Below, piece by piece: positions 1 to 14,800 of a stretch of DNA of 64,000 nt. The notes under the pieces are model-generated. The model had not been told where the DNA came from and made no database searches. It saw nothing but the letters and a program-made list of their open reading frames with translations. Made by a program: the position numbers and the translations under genes. Numbering within the stretch: the stretch's first letter is position 1; the number at the start of each line of letters is the position of its first letter. The stretch is from assembly GCA_964016885.1 (NCBI GenBank), contig OZ024740.1, positions 133,610,001 to 133,674,000 on the forward strand, read 5' to 3'. Source of the stretch: Eledone cirrhosa (Eukaryota).

Positions 1-88
1 GTTGTATTTTCAATTTCATCTTTTTTTCTTTATACTTTCACTCGTGTAGGACACCTCGGTTATTTTTGATTTTGTAAAAAAACCTCAC

Positions 89-95
<7 letters not shown>

Positions 96-183
<88 letters not shown>
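96..183. repeat. (TA)n microsatellite
   Basis: Pure TA dinucleotide run. Confidence 0.97.
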
Positions 184-186
<3 letters not shown>

Positions 187-475
187 TTGCGAGGTTTTTT
201 ATATGAAATCGTGTGTCGAAACAAATATTGTTATACTTGGGGAGGGTCATATTTGTGTAATATTGCTATATGATAAACTATGTATATGTGTTTGTGTCTA
301 TATTGTATCTGTATTATTTTTGACCGTCGGTCAGTCAATGGCAACATTGAGGACCGAATAAACTAGATTACCGATATAAAAGACACAGAAGAGAAAAGCG
401 AAAACCAACCAAACAGTGAGTGTGTTCTGTTATTAATTCTGGCAATATTACACAAATATGACCCTCCCCAAGTAT

Positions 476-483
<8 letters not shown>
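184..483 (+). mobile_element. Short Penelope-like pLTR derivative (family A-related) with inverted arms, between (TA)n tracts
   Basis: 226-266 (tattgttatacttggggagggtcatatttgtgtaatattgc) is the reverse complement of 442-482. The arm start and the 184-225 extension resemble 47031-47110 and 58993-59075, which belong to the GIY-YIG-bearing family. Confidence 0.65.
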
Positions 484-539
<56 letters not shown>

Positions 540-569
540 GGGTTTGTATGATTGTGTATAGAAGATTAT

Positions 570-958
570 ATTAATAAAAGGAATTCCAACTTTGTCTGAT
601 TTACTCGTTTTATTTACAATCCTTTAACATTTATAATGGTATTAGAATGAAATATTATGGTAGAATATTAAATGTTAAGTGTTAATTGAACAAGTACTGT
701 CATGCTTTCACAATCTTCAGGTTCACATTCTGTGGTGACAGTCAAGTATGCAATGTTCAACTGACAGTTGAAAATTGCATATTTGACTGTCACCACAGAA
801 TGTGAACCTGAAGATTGTGAAAGCATGACAGTACTTGTTCAATTAACACTTAACATTTAATATTCTACCATAATATTTCATTCTAATACCATTATAAATG
901 TTAAAGGATTGTAAATAAAACGAGTAAATCAGACAAAGTTGGAATTCCTTTTATTAAT
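570..958. repeat. 389-bp near-perfect palindrome (194-bp arms, 1-nt spacer at 764)
   Basis: Arms are reverse complements with two mismatches seen near the centre (746/782 and 755/773). TA-rich runs lie on both sides. Confidence 0.95.
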
Positions 959-2275
959 GTATATATATATATATATACATATGTATAAATATACATATAT
1001 ACATATATGCCACGTGGGTGTGAGTGGGTGGGTGCACGCTTGGGTTTAGATATACACATGTGCGTGAATGTACTACATTATTATGCATTATACGAGAATG
1101 TGTATTCTAATTTTCTTTCCAGTTAATTCCTCTAATGATATTATATCACCAGTCTTATTATTTTTGTCTTAATAATGTACAAAATCTTCTTATCATTTAC
1201 ACAATCTTCATTTTCTCTCAGAAAGCTATTTTATCTCGTCATATGAATTTGTACCACCAGCCAAATGAAAGCTATATTACGTGAATAATTGTTTAGAACA
1301 ATAAGAAAAATACTGTAGAACATTCTGCTTACACAATACAAATACGTTATGGTCTCGCATTTTTAACATAGCTATCTTCTATGACATGAGATTATTCATG
1401 AAATTTCCACACAAAACTATTCCTCACTGTATCTTAAAATGTAGAAAGTAGAATCAAGAGACATGACCTGAATAAATTCAGCATACTGAAATTGTTGAAA
1501 AAGTAAAGATGACACAAGTGGGTGTGAATATATTCTTTAAAGTAGTTAATGTAAATAACATACCCTTTATTGTCTTTTAAAAACCTCTTCAGTGAAATAT
1601 ATTTTACACAGTTGATAAGACTTGGTGCGTTATAACGTATGTAGCTTTGACAACTACTTGGTTTATTTCTTTGAGCAGTAGACATAAATAATTTTCTTGC
1701 GATCTTAAGTATTTAGTTATTAAATACAATAGTGTACAATAATCATTATGGATGAAATGCGTAGCCTGATTCTTTATTTGTAAAACTAACCTTACTAACA
1801 CATACACGCACACAAACACACACACATTAAATATGATAGAAGAGAATGTGACGGCACCAGAATGTGTACTGGAATAGAAGGACCATTTTCAGATGACTCA
1901 ACAAATCCATTATTACTGGTTCAACCTTCAACGTCCTCTCAAACCATATGATGATCAGCAGGACGGGAACTATCAGTTAACCCCCATTCAACGAATTACC
2001 CAAATATACATTAGAGCATTAAATTATGAAAGTCGTGATGAAAAATTGGTATTTTTAAATAAAGTGTTTTCTCAAAGAAGTTTTAAATATCGATTAAACT
2101 CCTCCAAATAAAATGTTATGACACGACATTTGTTATTCAGAAAGTAGTCTTTGTTAACTTATAGTAATCTAAGAGTTTGAACTTTAAACATTCAACAATA
2201 TACAGCGATCTTGAAGCCAGTTATTTGGCGAAAATCCACATGTTAATATGTAACGCAATAATCGAGGCAAAAATG

Positions 2276-2329
2276 AAATCAATCTGTAATGTTAAAACAA
2301 TGTTAAATCAATCTGTAATGTTAAAACAA
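2276..2329. repeat. 29-bp-period tandem duplication
   Basis: aaatcaatctgtaatgttaaaacaa occurs twice. Confidence 0.85.
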
Positions 2330-2722
2330 AACTTCATTTAGAATAGAAACAAAACGATCGCAGCAGGTGTCTCTCTATAAATATAGAGATAACTGGGGGA
2401 AATTAATTAAATAATTCGAATGGTATTTTCGAAAATATGAACATTTACATATATGCACATATGCATACACTCACATTCCATACAAGTATGAAAATTGTGT
2501 TACCGTAATGACTAATGTTACTTTGAATGAATTTAATCAATTTTGTATCTTTTATGCCGCATAGCTCAATTCTTTGGTAACGAATGTTGCTTAATATAGA
2601 AGAGATACTTTAAAGAAACCCTAACATATGCAATTTTTGTCAAACAAATGGAAAAATATCATTATTTGTTATATAGTTATTGACGGTTATGTTTAATCTT
2701 CAAAGTAGCCTCGAAGCAGTAA

Positions 2723-2762
2723 TGCTCTGTAATGTATAGATATAACTATACATTACAGAGCA
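2723..2762. repeat. Perfect hairpin (17-bp arms, 6-nt loop)
   Basis: tgctctgtaatgtatag-atataa-ctatacattacagagca. Confidence 0.9.
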
Positions 2763-2987
2763 GAAGGTATAAGTATAAGACATGTTATTGATATTTTAAT
2801 ATAGATTTCACAGAAATTATAATAAAAAACAATATTCAATTAAACATACAACTAATGGAATGATATATATATATGATTACACTTCAAAACAATTTTCAAG
2901 AAGTGGGAAATATGAATCAGACATGTTCATTTTATTTACAAAACTCACACAAATAGTAGTCTTCGACAAGTTCATAGAGATTGCAAG

Positions 2988-3053
2988 CCGATTTCTCCAT
3001 TTATAGCACTGATTTCTCCATTTATAGTACCGATTTCTCCATTTATAGCACTG
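2988..3053. repeat. 21-bp tandem repeat x3
   Basis: Unit gatttctccatttatagcact repeated three times with minor variation. Confidence 0.9.
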
Positions 3054-4830
3054 GATCTAGTTTTCATTTGGAGGCTCAATATACAAAATATACAGCTACA
3101 TTTCAACTTAACAGGTGTAATTTGAACTTTGCTCTTACACTTTGACTGATTCCTCATTGAACTTAAACCTGTGTCCCAGCAAATAAGTGAATTTTCTGGT
3201 TGTAAAATTGAATAGTCGACAGGGAGAGTGGATGTTCGGCCATATGTAACCCAGCAAATATATAAAAATTCAGTTATATCTCATAAATAATTATAAACGA
3301 GAGACACTTTTAAACCTCACCTGGGGTGATTGACAAAAAGGCACTGATTTTGTTATTGAACCTTACATCCTATTGATATGTAATTTACATATTAAGAATG
3401 TAAAATGTAAAAATATATAAATAACACATTTATTCCATTTGATCAGACTGAATGTTGATCGAGTCAATATTTCAGCGTCTGTGTGTCGCTTTGATAATTT
3501 ACATATTTTAACGGAGTTTAAAGTCATTTAAAGGAAATGCTTTAAAGAAAGTTTAAATGATAATAAAAGCTTCGATTTATCAAGACATTTTTCAAAAACA
3601 ATAGTATTTAAGAAACTACTTTGGCATAAAAAATGTTACTTTTTTTTTGGGGGGGGGGGGTTCAAAGATCGTTCAAAGTAACTCCGGTTTACGGTACAGA
3701 ATAATTAGTATGATGTTCAATGGCACAAATTAGAATAATATATTTATAAATATACTCTATTAGATTCAAGATGTTTAATCAATTTACTGTAAACTATATT
3801 TATTAATGGACATGGAACCTGTAATAATGAAAATAGTAATAGTATCAGTTGCCATTAACAAATATAACTGTTTTGTGCTTATCAATTCAAATATGAATAT
3901 AATATAGTTTATTCTCTGGTTGTATGAAAGTAAAATAACACATCTCTCATTTCTTCTTTAGGTCAATTCAATAATCCCAAACAAGAAATTAATGATTATT
4001 TACAAATTTGTTGCTAAGCACTGATTACATTTCAATTATTTTCTTTGTGTCACCATCATATTTGGGTTGATTTTGACTAGCTACACATTTATCATTGAAA
4101 TACAACTTATAGTTGTTTTGACCTAGTCAAGGATTAAATGAAACATTTTACTTATATTTCAGCCGGACCAATGTTTTTTTGTTGTTGTCTTCCCCTTTTG
4201 AAAGATATATTTGTCAGAACTGACTCAGAATGAAAAAAGAATTATTAATGCAAAATTGTTAGGTTAAAACATCTAGAATTATAAACAAAAGAGATATATT
4301 GATTAAAGTTTTGAATCAAATAATCAATAAAATTACACATTACTGTTGAGTATGTATGTATGGCTAAAAAGTTTACATCAAATTCATATGGATTCAGGTT
4401 GATGAAGTAAACATTAAATATTTCTCATCTCTCTTTTAGAGTTCAGACATTTAGAAAGTCATTATGCGCTACTTATATAACATGGCCATTAATACTTCTT
4501 GGACGATATTTTGCTTTATACTACAAACAAAAAAACGATATCATGTTGTTAATGCTAGAAGATAAATAATATTTGAATTCAATTATTTAAACATAACATA
4601 AATAATAGCGATTTTCTTTGTCTTAATTGAAATACAAAACCGAATCTCGAAGGTAAAAGTATACAAATAAAAATAGAATTATCCAGAAAACGTATAAATA
4701 CAAGTAGACGAAATACCAGAAATTAAATATTCTTATAAAAGAAGGTCATATATTGTATACAAAAATACAATAGAATATTTCGAGAAACAACGTAAATAAA
4801 AATAAAAATATTGAACAACAAAACGATACA

Positions 4831-4875
<45 letters not shown>

Positions 4876-5732
4876 GTTCTTCAATTTTGTATTTATCACA
4901 ATGAAATATATTGCCAACAAATCTTGAAATTGAAGACAGTAAAATTAATTGTTATATAAACAAACTAATGCCGAGCTGAAAATAGCAAAAGTTTTTGTCT
5001 TCAGCAAATACTTGTAAGACACAATTGCTGAGTCTTCATAGTTTTGTATTTGCAATAAATAATTGCTAAAGTACTATAAAACAAAATTTTTCAACAACAA
5101 CACAAGACAGAAAGTATTGTCTGGCTCCTAAAATAACAGAATAGTGTCACAATGGTCTATTATATCAAGACAATAATAAAGAGTAGTAATACTTCATTTA
5201 CATTTCATACAATAATATTTTCTGTTACTACATAGTAGTAAACGAGATCTGTAATATCAGAAAGGAAATGAAATTACTTTACATCATCTGAACAGCGTTT
5301 CATGACGTCTAAAGGAGGTAAACAAAACCTAATAACTGTACAGACAGGCCACAACCAAGCATATGCCAGAATATGTGCATTTCCTTAAACCTTCCTGATT
5401 GAATATCAAGTACAACATTTAATTCATAGAAATATAACCAAGTAAAACTACAAATCAATTAAGATAAATAGATATATCAACATTAAATATTAAAAATATG
5501 TCATATTTTTTCATGAAACGAATTTATCTTTCTTGCAAAATAATTCGAATAGACTTTTAATATTTAAGCATTTTAAGTACTCAGTGCATATATTGCAGCT
5601 ATGAGCATGATTAGCAAATGTGTTGGAATGTATTATGCGTGAAGAAAGCAACCCTACATAGTAGTTATAAGTGAAGATACGCTAGATCTTTTAAAGTAAG
5701 GGACATGTATATATTTATATATGTGCGTGTGT

Positions 5733-5868
5733 ATCCCGGGTTCAATCGGGGGTAACCACAGTAAGTAAGGTACTCAATACATAGCAGAGTACATAATGTT
5801 TAATATAGAAATGGCTTCTAATGAAACATTTCGAGTCCTGTAGAAGCCATTTCTATATTAAACATTAT
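5733..5868 (+). mobile_element. Penelope-like pLTR derivative, family B (inverted arms plus tail)
   Basis: 28-bp inverted arms at 5793-5820 and 5841-5868. The right arm runs into TA repeats and the left arm has a ~60-nt extension. Homologous to 40245-40395 and 46838-46875. Confidence 0.6.
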
Positions 5869-6349
5869 ATATATATGGTGGGTGCGTGTGTGTGTGTGTG
5901 TGTGGGGGGGGAGTACTTGCGCGCGTGGGTGGGTGTGTATTTCGAAATTACTCGTTCCAGCACAAATCAACATGATAGCAAAGAAATGTGATGCCCAGAC
6001 ATGTAAAAACGGTGCTAGCACGAGTGATTGATGTACTATCTAAAATAGATTAATATCAATAACTACATAGGTAAACTTGTATGCTATAGGTCTTAGAAGA
6101 CGTATGCATTAAACCATCATGTTCATACTCATAACAAGACCAATAGTGTGAGTTGTATTATTTAGAATCAACAGAATTGAAAATGTTTTCTTTGCCAAGA
6201 TATTTCAAACTATATCTATGTAAAAAATTGGTTTTGTAAATCAGTATATTTCCAGTGGTTTTGGAAAAGAAAGAAACTGTATGTGCAAAGAAACAAACTC
6301 TACGTGACGTGAGCTCAGCATAGGGTATTCAGTTCATTTTACATCTGCC

Positions 6350-6600
6350 TTGCCTCATGATAGAACCGCGGTCATTTTCGACGGTAAACATACAATAGTT
6401 GAATCCACTGAACGTCTTACGCTTGAATTGACGAGCACGTGTTTTGTAGGCATATCCTTAACACAATTCCCTCACAATTCCATTCACAAAGGACTGGCCA
6501 AGCCGAGTATATTAAAACATTACGTACGATTGCAGTTGGTGGGATCGAATCCGGTATCTAATTGCGAAAAGCAATTCTTACCCATTCGTCCATGCTTGCC
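6350..6600 (-). mobile_element. Degenerate tRNA-derived SINE
   Basis: Minus strand starts ggcaagcatggacgaatgggtaag...ggattcgatcccacc, giving A-box-like and B-box-like motifs at tRNA spacing. The 3' boundary is uncertain. Confidence 0.4.
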
Positions 6601-7108
6601 TTATAATTACCCAAAGAATATACAATCGCTTCTCATGAGGATGAGTGTTTTAGTAGAACGGCGTAATTACCTGTTAAGTTTTTAAAGCTGTTTCAGGTCC
6701 TTTATTTCGTGCACATCGAGTACGGCTATAATCTTATTTCTCCCACGCTGGACATTTGCAGTGACTCTCCTATATAGATATGCTTATTAATGAGTAACCA
6801 GCATGTGAAAACAAAAGCGCTATCTTATTGCAATAGCAAATGTTAATTTCAGAATGCGAAATAGATAATAAAGTTTGAAGTAACATGCAAATTTCTTGGT
6901 GTGAAATTGCTGTAGCATAAATATTCTTTTTCATTAGCTTTTTGACTTTCTTCATATCTCGTTCGTGTATTTTGCCTTAATGAAACTTATCCTTTATCAG
7001 TGTGCATGTACAGTAGAAAAATAAGCATAAGATAAATATATTTTAGATAGTTGTAAATCAGAAAGCCTTGAAGAGCTGCTCATCTAACTGATATATATAT
7101 ATATATAT

Positions 7109-7146
<38 letters not shown>

Positions 7147-7478
7147 TCACGAGTGTGCATTTGCATAAATTCATATCAATATTAATTGCATGGACAAAAT
7201 TAAGTGAACACGATACCTTAGGTAGAGTACATGTAATAAATAAATAAATGCGTGTACGAAAATGTGTATGTATGAATCTGCATGCGCGTGTACCTGAGTG
7301 CGTTTGCACGCGCGTGTGTGCATGTGTGTGCATGTGTGTGCGTGTGTATGTGTGTGCCTGTGCGTGAGTTCTAACTCCTCTTCTAATTTGCATCCTCATA
7401 TATATATCTGAAACTAGAGGCATACATAAATAATTTAAATTATTTAAACATGTATATAAATATGTGTGTGTGCGTATG

Positions 7479-7702
<224 letters not shown>

Positions 7703-8830
7703 GCAAGATTTGTTGAAATTCGAAGAAACATTTTTTATATATTATGATCTCTAACACATGTTTCAATGCAGTTTTGAAATCACCTACGAAAGCTGAATGA
7801 TTACATAATCAATCCATAATGCACTATCTGCATCTGAGTGAGAGAGAAGTTATTAACAACACCCACCTTATACTATTTATCAAACCCAAATCGTGTTACA
7901 AGTAATCTTATCATTTATATAGAAGCTTTTACTCCAACGTGCTGGTAAATCAGCTTCCAGGTACAGTCAGACGACTAAAATCTACATGACTAATGTTTTT
8001 TTTAAAGTTTGGTTCGCTATCACAAGTTTGAGAGATTCCATCCGCTGCGATACATCATGGGAAATTATCATTTTTTATAGTTTGGGATTAAACCAAGCAT
8101 TTTGAATAAAATTACATGTAGTACGGAAACTCTTTCAACGCCTGTCCGATGGATTGTATCTGTAATTCAATGAACCTGCCTAGTCAATCACTGTCACGCT
8201 AAATCTCACAAAGCATTAAATCAGATTACACGTGTTGCTAGAAGATTCAGCTATTTGTGCGTTAATGTCCGGAGCAAGGTGTTCCATCTATTGAACAACT
8301 TACGGAGGTCCATTCCATTCTACAATTAGAAGTCTCAATAGGGGGTACATATGGAATGCTTGGTTCTGACTTTGGTTGATCAAAGCTCATCCGCGTCTAA
8401 AAATTACCTAGAAAAGCAACACCAATGAATGCGCATACATATGAAAATATACAGAAATTTATAGACTAAAATATAAACAAATGCACATGTAAAAGTACAC
8501 CAACACATATTCACAAACATGTGAAAATAAACTATGATATAATTACATGTAACATGCCAGCGTCAGTTTAGTCATATTTATTCACATATCAATTCTTTAT
8601 TTGTTCAAATATGTATTTTCGGCTCTATGATGTATTATATCAACAAGTTTCGTTATTACAGTATTTTCAATATATTAATAGCTTTTGAAAACCGTTTCTC
8701 TATATAACTCTATTTGTGTTCTTGTGATATACTTCTGCACTCATATTCCTCTTTTTAATATTTTTTTCGTTTATTCAATTTTTTACGTTTATAAGAGAGG
8801 CATTATGATTATTTACGGTCTGGTGAATGC

Positions 8831-11800
8831 TTATAGCTAGCATGTATCCAATTCTTTAGGTTTTATAGCTAGCATATATCCCATTCTTTAGTTTATACAT
8901 CTAGCATGTATGACATTCTTCAGGTCACTATAGCTAGCATGTATGGCATTTTTAAGTCATTATAGCTAGCATGTATGACATTCTTTAGGTTTATATAGCT
9001 AGTATCTATGACATTCTTTAGGTCTTTATAGCTGGTATGTATGACATTATTTAGTCCTTTATAGGACGGTGGATTGGCAGTATCGGTAGAGAGTCGGACG
9101 CCATGCTTTCCAGCATAGTTACGTCTCTTTACGGTCTGAGTTCAAATCCCGCCGAGGTTAACTTTGCCTTTCATCCTTACGGGGTCGATAAAATAAAGTA
9201 CCAGTAATACACTGGGGTAATTGCTGGCCTTGTGTCAAAAGTAGAAACAATTATTTAGTCCTTTATAGCTAACATGTATGACATTCTTTAGCGCTATATA
9301 GCTAACATGTATGACATACGTTAGATCTATATAGCTAACATATATGACATTATGTAGGTCTATATAGCTAACATGTATGACATTCTTTAGGTCTATATAG
9401 TGAACATGTATGACATTCTTTAGGTCTTTATAGCTAGCATGTATGACATTCTTTAAGTCTATATAGCTAACATATATGACATTATTTAGGTCTATAGAGC
9501 TAGCATGTATGACATTCTTTAGGTCTATAGAGCTAGCATGTATGACATTCGTTAGGTCTATATAGCTAACATATATGACATTCTGTAGGTCTATATAGCT
9601 AACATGTATGACATTCTTTAGGTCCTTATAGGTAGCATGTATGACATTCTTTAGGCCTTTATAGCCAGCATGTATGACATTCTTTAGGTCTTTATAGCTA
9701 GCATGTATGACTTTCTGTAGGTGTATATAGCTAGTGTGTATGACATTCTTTAGGTCTATGTAGCTAGCATGTATGACATTATTTAGGTTGGCATGTATGA
9801 CATTCTCATGGTCGTTATAGCTAGTACGTATGACATTATTTAGGTCGTTATAGCTAGCATGTATGACATGCTTTAGGTCTTTATAGCTAGAATGTATTAC
9901 ATTCTTTAGATCTATATAGCTAACATGCATGACAATCTTTAGGTCTTTATAGCTAGTATGTATGACATTCTTTAGATATTTATAGCTGGGATGTATGACA
10001 TTCTTTAGGTCTTTATAGCTGGTATGTATGACATTCTTTAGGTCTATATAGCTAACATGTATGACATTCTTTAGGTCTATATATCTAGCATGTATGACAT
10101 TCTTTAGGTCTATATAGCTAGCATGTATGACAATCTTTAGGTCTATATAGCTAACATGTATGACATTCTTTAGGCCTTTATAGCTAGGATGTTTCACATT
10201 CTTTAGGTCTATATAGCTAACATGTATGACATTCTTTAGGCCTTTATAGCTAGGATGTTTCACATTATTTAGGTCTATATAGCTAGCATGTATGACATTC
10301 TTTAGGTCTTTATAGCTAGTATGTATGACATTAATTAGATCTCTATAACTAGTATGTATGACATTCTTGAGGTCTATATAGCTAGCATGTATGACATTCT
10401 TTAGGGCTTTATAACTAGCATGTATGACATTATTTAGGTCTTTATAGCTGGCATGTATGACATTCTTATGATCGTTGTAGCTAGTATGCATGACATTCTT
10501 TAGGTCGTTATAGCTAGCATGTATGACATTCTTTAGGTCTTTATAGCTAACATGTATGACATTCTTTAGATCTCTATAGCTAACATGTATGACATTCTTT
10601 AGGACTTTATAGCTAGAATGTATGACATTCTTTAGGTCTATATAGCTGGTATGTATGACATTCTTTAGGTCTATATATCTAGTATGTTTGACATTATTTA
10701 GGTTTTTATAGCTCGCATGTATGATATTCCTTAGGTCTATATAGCTAGCATGTATGACATTCTTTAGGACTTTATAACTAGGATGTATGACATTATTTAG
10801 GTCTTTATAGCTAGCATGTATGACAATCTGTAGATCTTTATAGCTAGTATGTATGCCATTATTTAGGTCTTTATAGCTAGTATGTATGACAGTCTTTAGC
10901 GCCATATAGCTAACATGTATTACATTCTTTAGGTCTTTATAGCTAACATATATCACTTTCTGTAGGTCTATATAGCTAGCATTTATCACATTCTGCAGGT
11001 CTATATAGCTAGCATGTAAGACATTCTGTTGATCGATATAGCTAGCATATATGACATTTTTTAGGTCTATATAGCTAGCATGTATGACATTCTTTAGGAC
11101 TTTATAACTAGCATGTATGACATTATTTAGGTCTTTATAGCTGGCATGTATGACATTCTTATGATCGTTATAGCTAGTATGTATGACATTATTTAGGTCG
11201 TTATAGCTAGCATGTATGACATTCTTTAGATCTTTATAGCTAGCATGTATGACATTCTTTAGGTTTTATAGCTAACATGTAATACATTATTTAGGTCTTT
11301 ATAGCTAGCATGTATGACATTCTTTAGTTTTATAGCTAACATGTATGACATTCTTTAGGTCTATATAGCTAGTATGTATGACATTCTTTAGTTCTTTATA
11401 GCTAACATGTATGACATTCTTGAGATCTTTGTAGCTAGTATGTATGATATTCTTTAAGTCTTTATAGCTAGCATGTATGACATTCTTTATGTCTATATAG
11501 CTAGCATGTATGACATTCTTTAGGTCTATATAGCTAGCATGTATGACATTCTTTAGGCCTTTATACAGCTAGCATGTTTGACATTCTTTAGGTCTATACA
11601 GCTAGCATGTATGACATTCTTTAGATTTATATAGCTAGTATGTATGACATTCATTAGGTAAATATAGCTAGCATGTATGTCATTCTGTAGGCCTATATAT
11701 CTAACATGTATGACATTCTTTACATATTTATAGCTAGCATCTATGGCATTTTTTAGATCTTTATAGCTAGCATGTATGGCATTATGTAGGCGTTTATAGC

Positions 11801-14800
11801 TAACATGTATGATATTCCTTAGGTCTTTGTAGCTAACATGTATGACATTCTTTAGGTCTTTATAGCTAGTATGTATGACATTCTTTATGTATTTATATAT
11901 AACATGTATGACATTCTTTAGATGTCTGTAGCTAGAATGTATGACATTCTTTAGGTCTTTATAGCTAGTATGTATGACATTATATAGGTCTTTATAGCTA
12001 ACATGTATCACATTCTTTAGATCTCTATAGCTAGCATGTATGACATTATTTAGGATTTTATAGCTAACATGTATGACATTCATTAGGTCTATATAGCTGG
12101 TATGTATGACATTCTTTAGGTCTATATATCTAGGATGTTTGACATTATTTAAGTCTTTATAGCTAACATGTAATGCATTCTTTAGGTCTTTATAGCTATC
12201 ATGTATGACATTATTTAGGTCTAAATAGCTAACATGTACAACATTCTTTAATTCTATATAGATGGCATGTATGACATTCTTTAGGACTTTATAGCTAGCA
12301 TGTATGACATTCTTTAGGACTTTATAGCTAGCCTGTATGACATTCTTTAGGTCTTTATATCTAACATGTATGACAATCTGTAGATTTTATAGCTAGTATA
12401 TATGACATGCTTTAGGTCTTTATAGCTAACATGTATGACATTCTTTAGGTCTTTATAGCTAACATGTATGACATTCTTTAGATCTCTATAGCTAGTATGT
12501 ATGACATTCTTTATGCCTTTGTAGCAAGCATGTATGACATTCATTAGGTGTTTATACCTAGCATGTATGACATTCTTTAGGTCTTAATAGCTAACATGTA
12601 TGACATTATTTAGCTAGCATGTATGACATTCTTTAGGTCTTTATAGCAAGCATGTATGACATTCTTTATGTTTTTATAGCTAACATGTAATACATTCTTT
12701 AGGTCTTTATAGCTAGCATGTATGACATTCTTTAGGTCTATATAGCTAGCATGTATGGCAATCTTTAAGTCTATATAGCTAACATGTATGACATTCTTTA
12801 AGCCTTTATAGCTAGCATGTTTGACATTCTTTAGGTCTATATAGCTAGTATGTATGACATTCTTTAGTTCTTTATAGCTAACATGTATGACATTCTTGAG
12901 ATCTTTGTAGCTAGTATGTATGATATTCTTTAAGTCTTTATAGCTAGCATGTATGACATTCTTTATATCTATATAGCTAGCATGTATGACATTCTTTAGG
13001 TCTATATAGCTAGCATGTATGACATTCTTTAGGCCTTTATACAGCTAGCATGTTTGACATTCTTTAGGTCTATACAGCTAGCATGTATGACATTCTTTAG
13101 ATTTATATAGCTAGTATGTATGACATTCATTAGGTAAATATAGCTAGCATGTATGTCATTCTGTAGGCCTATATATCTAACATGTATGACATTCTTTACA
13201 TATTTATAGCTAGCATCTATGGCATTTTTTAGATCTTTATAGCTAGCATGTATGGCATTATGTAGGCGTTTATAGCTAACATGTATGATATTCCTTAGGT
13301 CTTTGTAGCTAACATGTATGACATTCTTTAGGTCTTTATAGCTAGTATGTATGACATTCTTTATGTATTTATATATAACATGTATGACATTCTTTAGATG
13401 TCTGTAGCTAGAATGTATGACATTCTTTAGGTCTTTATAGCTAGTATGTATGACATTATATAGGTCTTTATAGCTAACATGTATCACATTCTTTAGATCT
13501 CTATAGCTAGCATGTATGACATTATTTAGGATTTTATAGCTAACATGTATGACATTCATTAGGTCTATATAGCTGGTATGTATGACATTCTTTAGGTCTA
13601 TATATCTAGGATGTTTGACATTATGTAAGTCTTTATAGCTAACATGTAATGCATTCTTTAGGTCTTTATAGCTATCATGTATGACATTATTTAGGTCTAA
13701 ATAGCTAACATGTACAACATTCTTTAATTCTATATAGATGGCATGTATGACATTCTTTAGGACTTTATAGCTAGCATGTATGACATTCTTTAGGACTTTA
13801 TAGCTAGCCTGTATGACATTCTTTAGGTCTTTATATCTAACATGTATGACAATCTGTAGATTTTATAGCTAGTATATATGACATGCTTTAGGTCTTTATA
13901 GCTAACATGTATGACATTCTTTAGGTCTTTATAGCTAACATGTATGACATTCTTTAGATCTCTATAGCTAGTATGTATGACATTCTTTATGCCTTTGTAG
14001 CAAGCATGTATGACATTCATTAGGTGTTTATAGCTAGCATGTATGACATTCTTTAGGTCTTAATAGCTAACATGTATGACATTATTTAGGTCTTTATAGC
14101 TAGCATGTATGACATTCTTTAGGTCTTTATAGCAAGCATGTATGACATTCTTTATGTTTTTATAGCTAACATGTAATACATTCTTTAGGTCTTTATAGCT
14201 AGCATGTATGACATTCTTTAGGTCTATATAGCTAGCATGTATGGCAATCTTTAAGTCTATATAGCTAACATGTATGACATTCTTTAAGCCTTTATAGCTA
14301 GCATGTTTGACATTCTTTAGGTCTTTATAGCTAGCATGTATTACATTCTTTAGGTCTATATATCTAGTATGTTTGACATTCTTTAGGTCTTTATAGCTCA
14401 CATGTATGATATTCCTTAGGTCTATATAGCTAGCATGTATGACATTCTTTAGGTCTTTATAGCTAACATGTATGACATTCTATAGGTCTCTATAGCAAGT
14501 ATGTATGACATTCTTTAGGTCTTTATAGCTAACATGTATGACATTAATTAGATCTCTATAGCTAGTATGTATGACATTCTTGAGGTCTATATATCTAACA
14601 TGTATGACATTCTTAAGATCTTTATAGCTAGCATGTATGACATTCTTTAGGTCTTTATAGCTAACATGTAATACATTCTTTAGGTCTTTATAGCTAGCAT
14701 GTATGACATTCTTTAGGTCTTTATAGCTAATATGTAATACATTCTTTAGGTCTTTATAGCTAGTATGTATGACATTATATAGGTCTTTATAGCTAACATG

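Noticed and set aside
184-483. MITE or DNA transposon interpretation of the inverted arms
   Set aside because: The arms are asymmetric, and the homologous arm flanks a GIY-YIG remnant and also occurs as a solo pLTR end at about 54490.
808-835. Hammerhead at CTGAAGA-ttgt-GAAA
   Set aside because: No stem II, no UH site and no adjacent stem I.
1893-4500. Host exons (ORF 1893-2111; acceptor-like sites near 3961 and 4439)
   Set aside because: No recognisable protein motif or consistent exon chain; transcript data would be needed.
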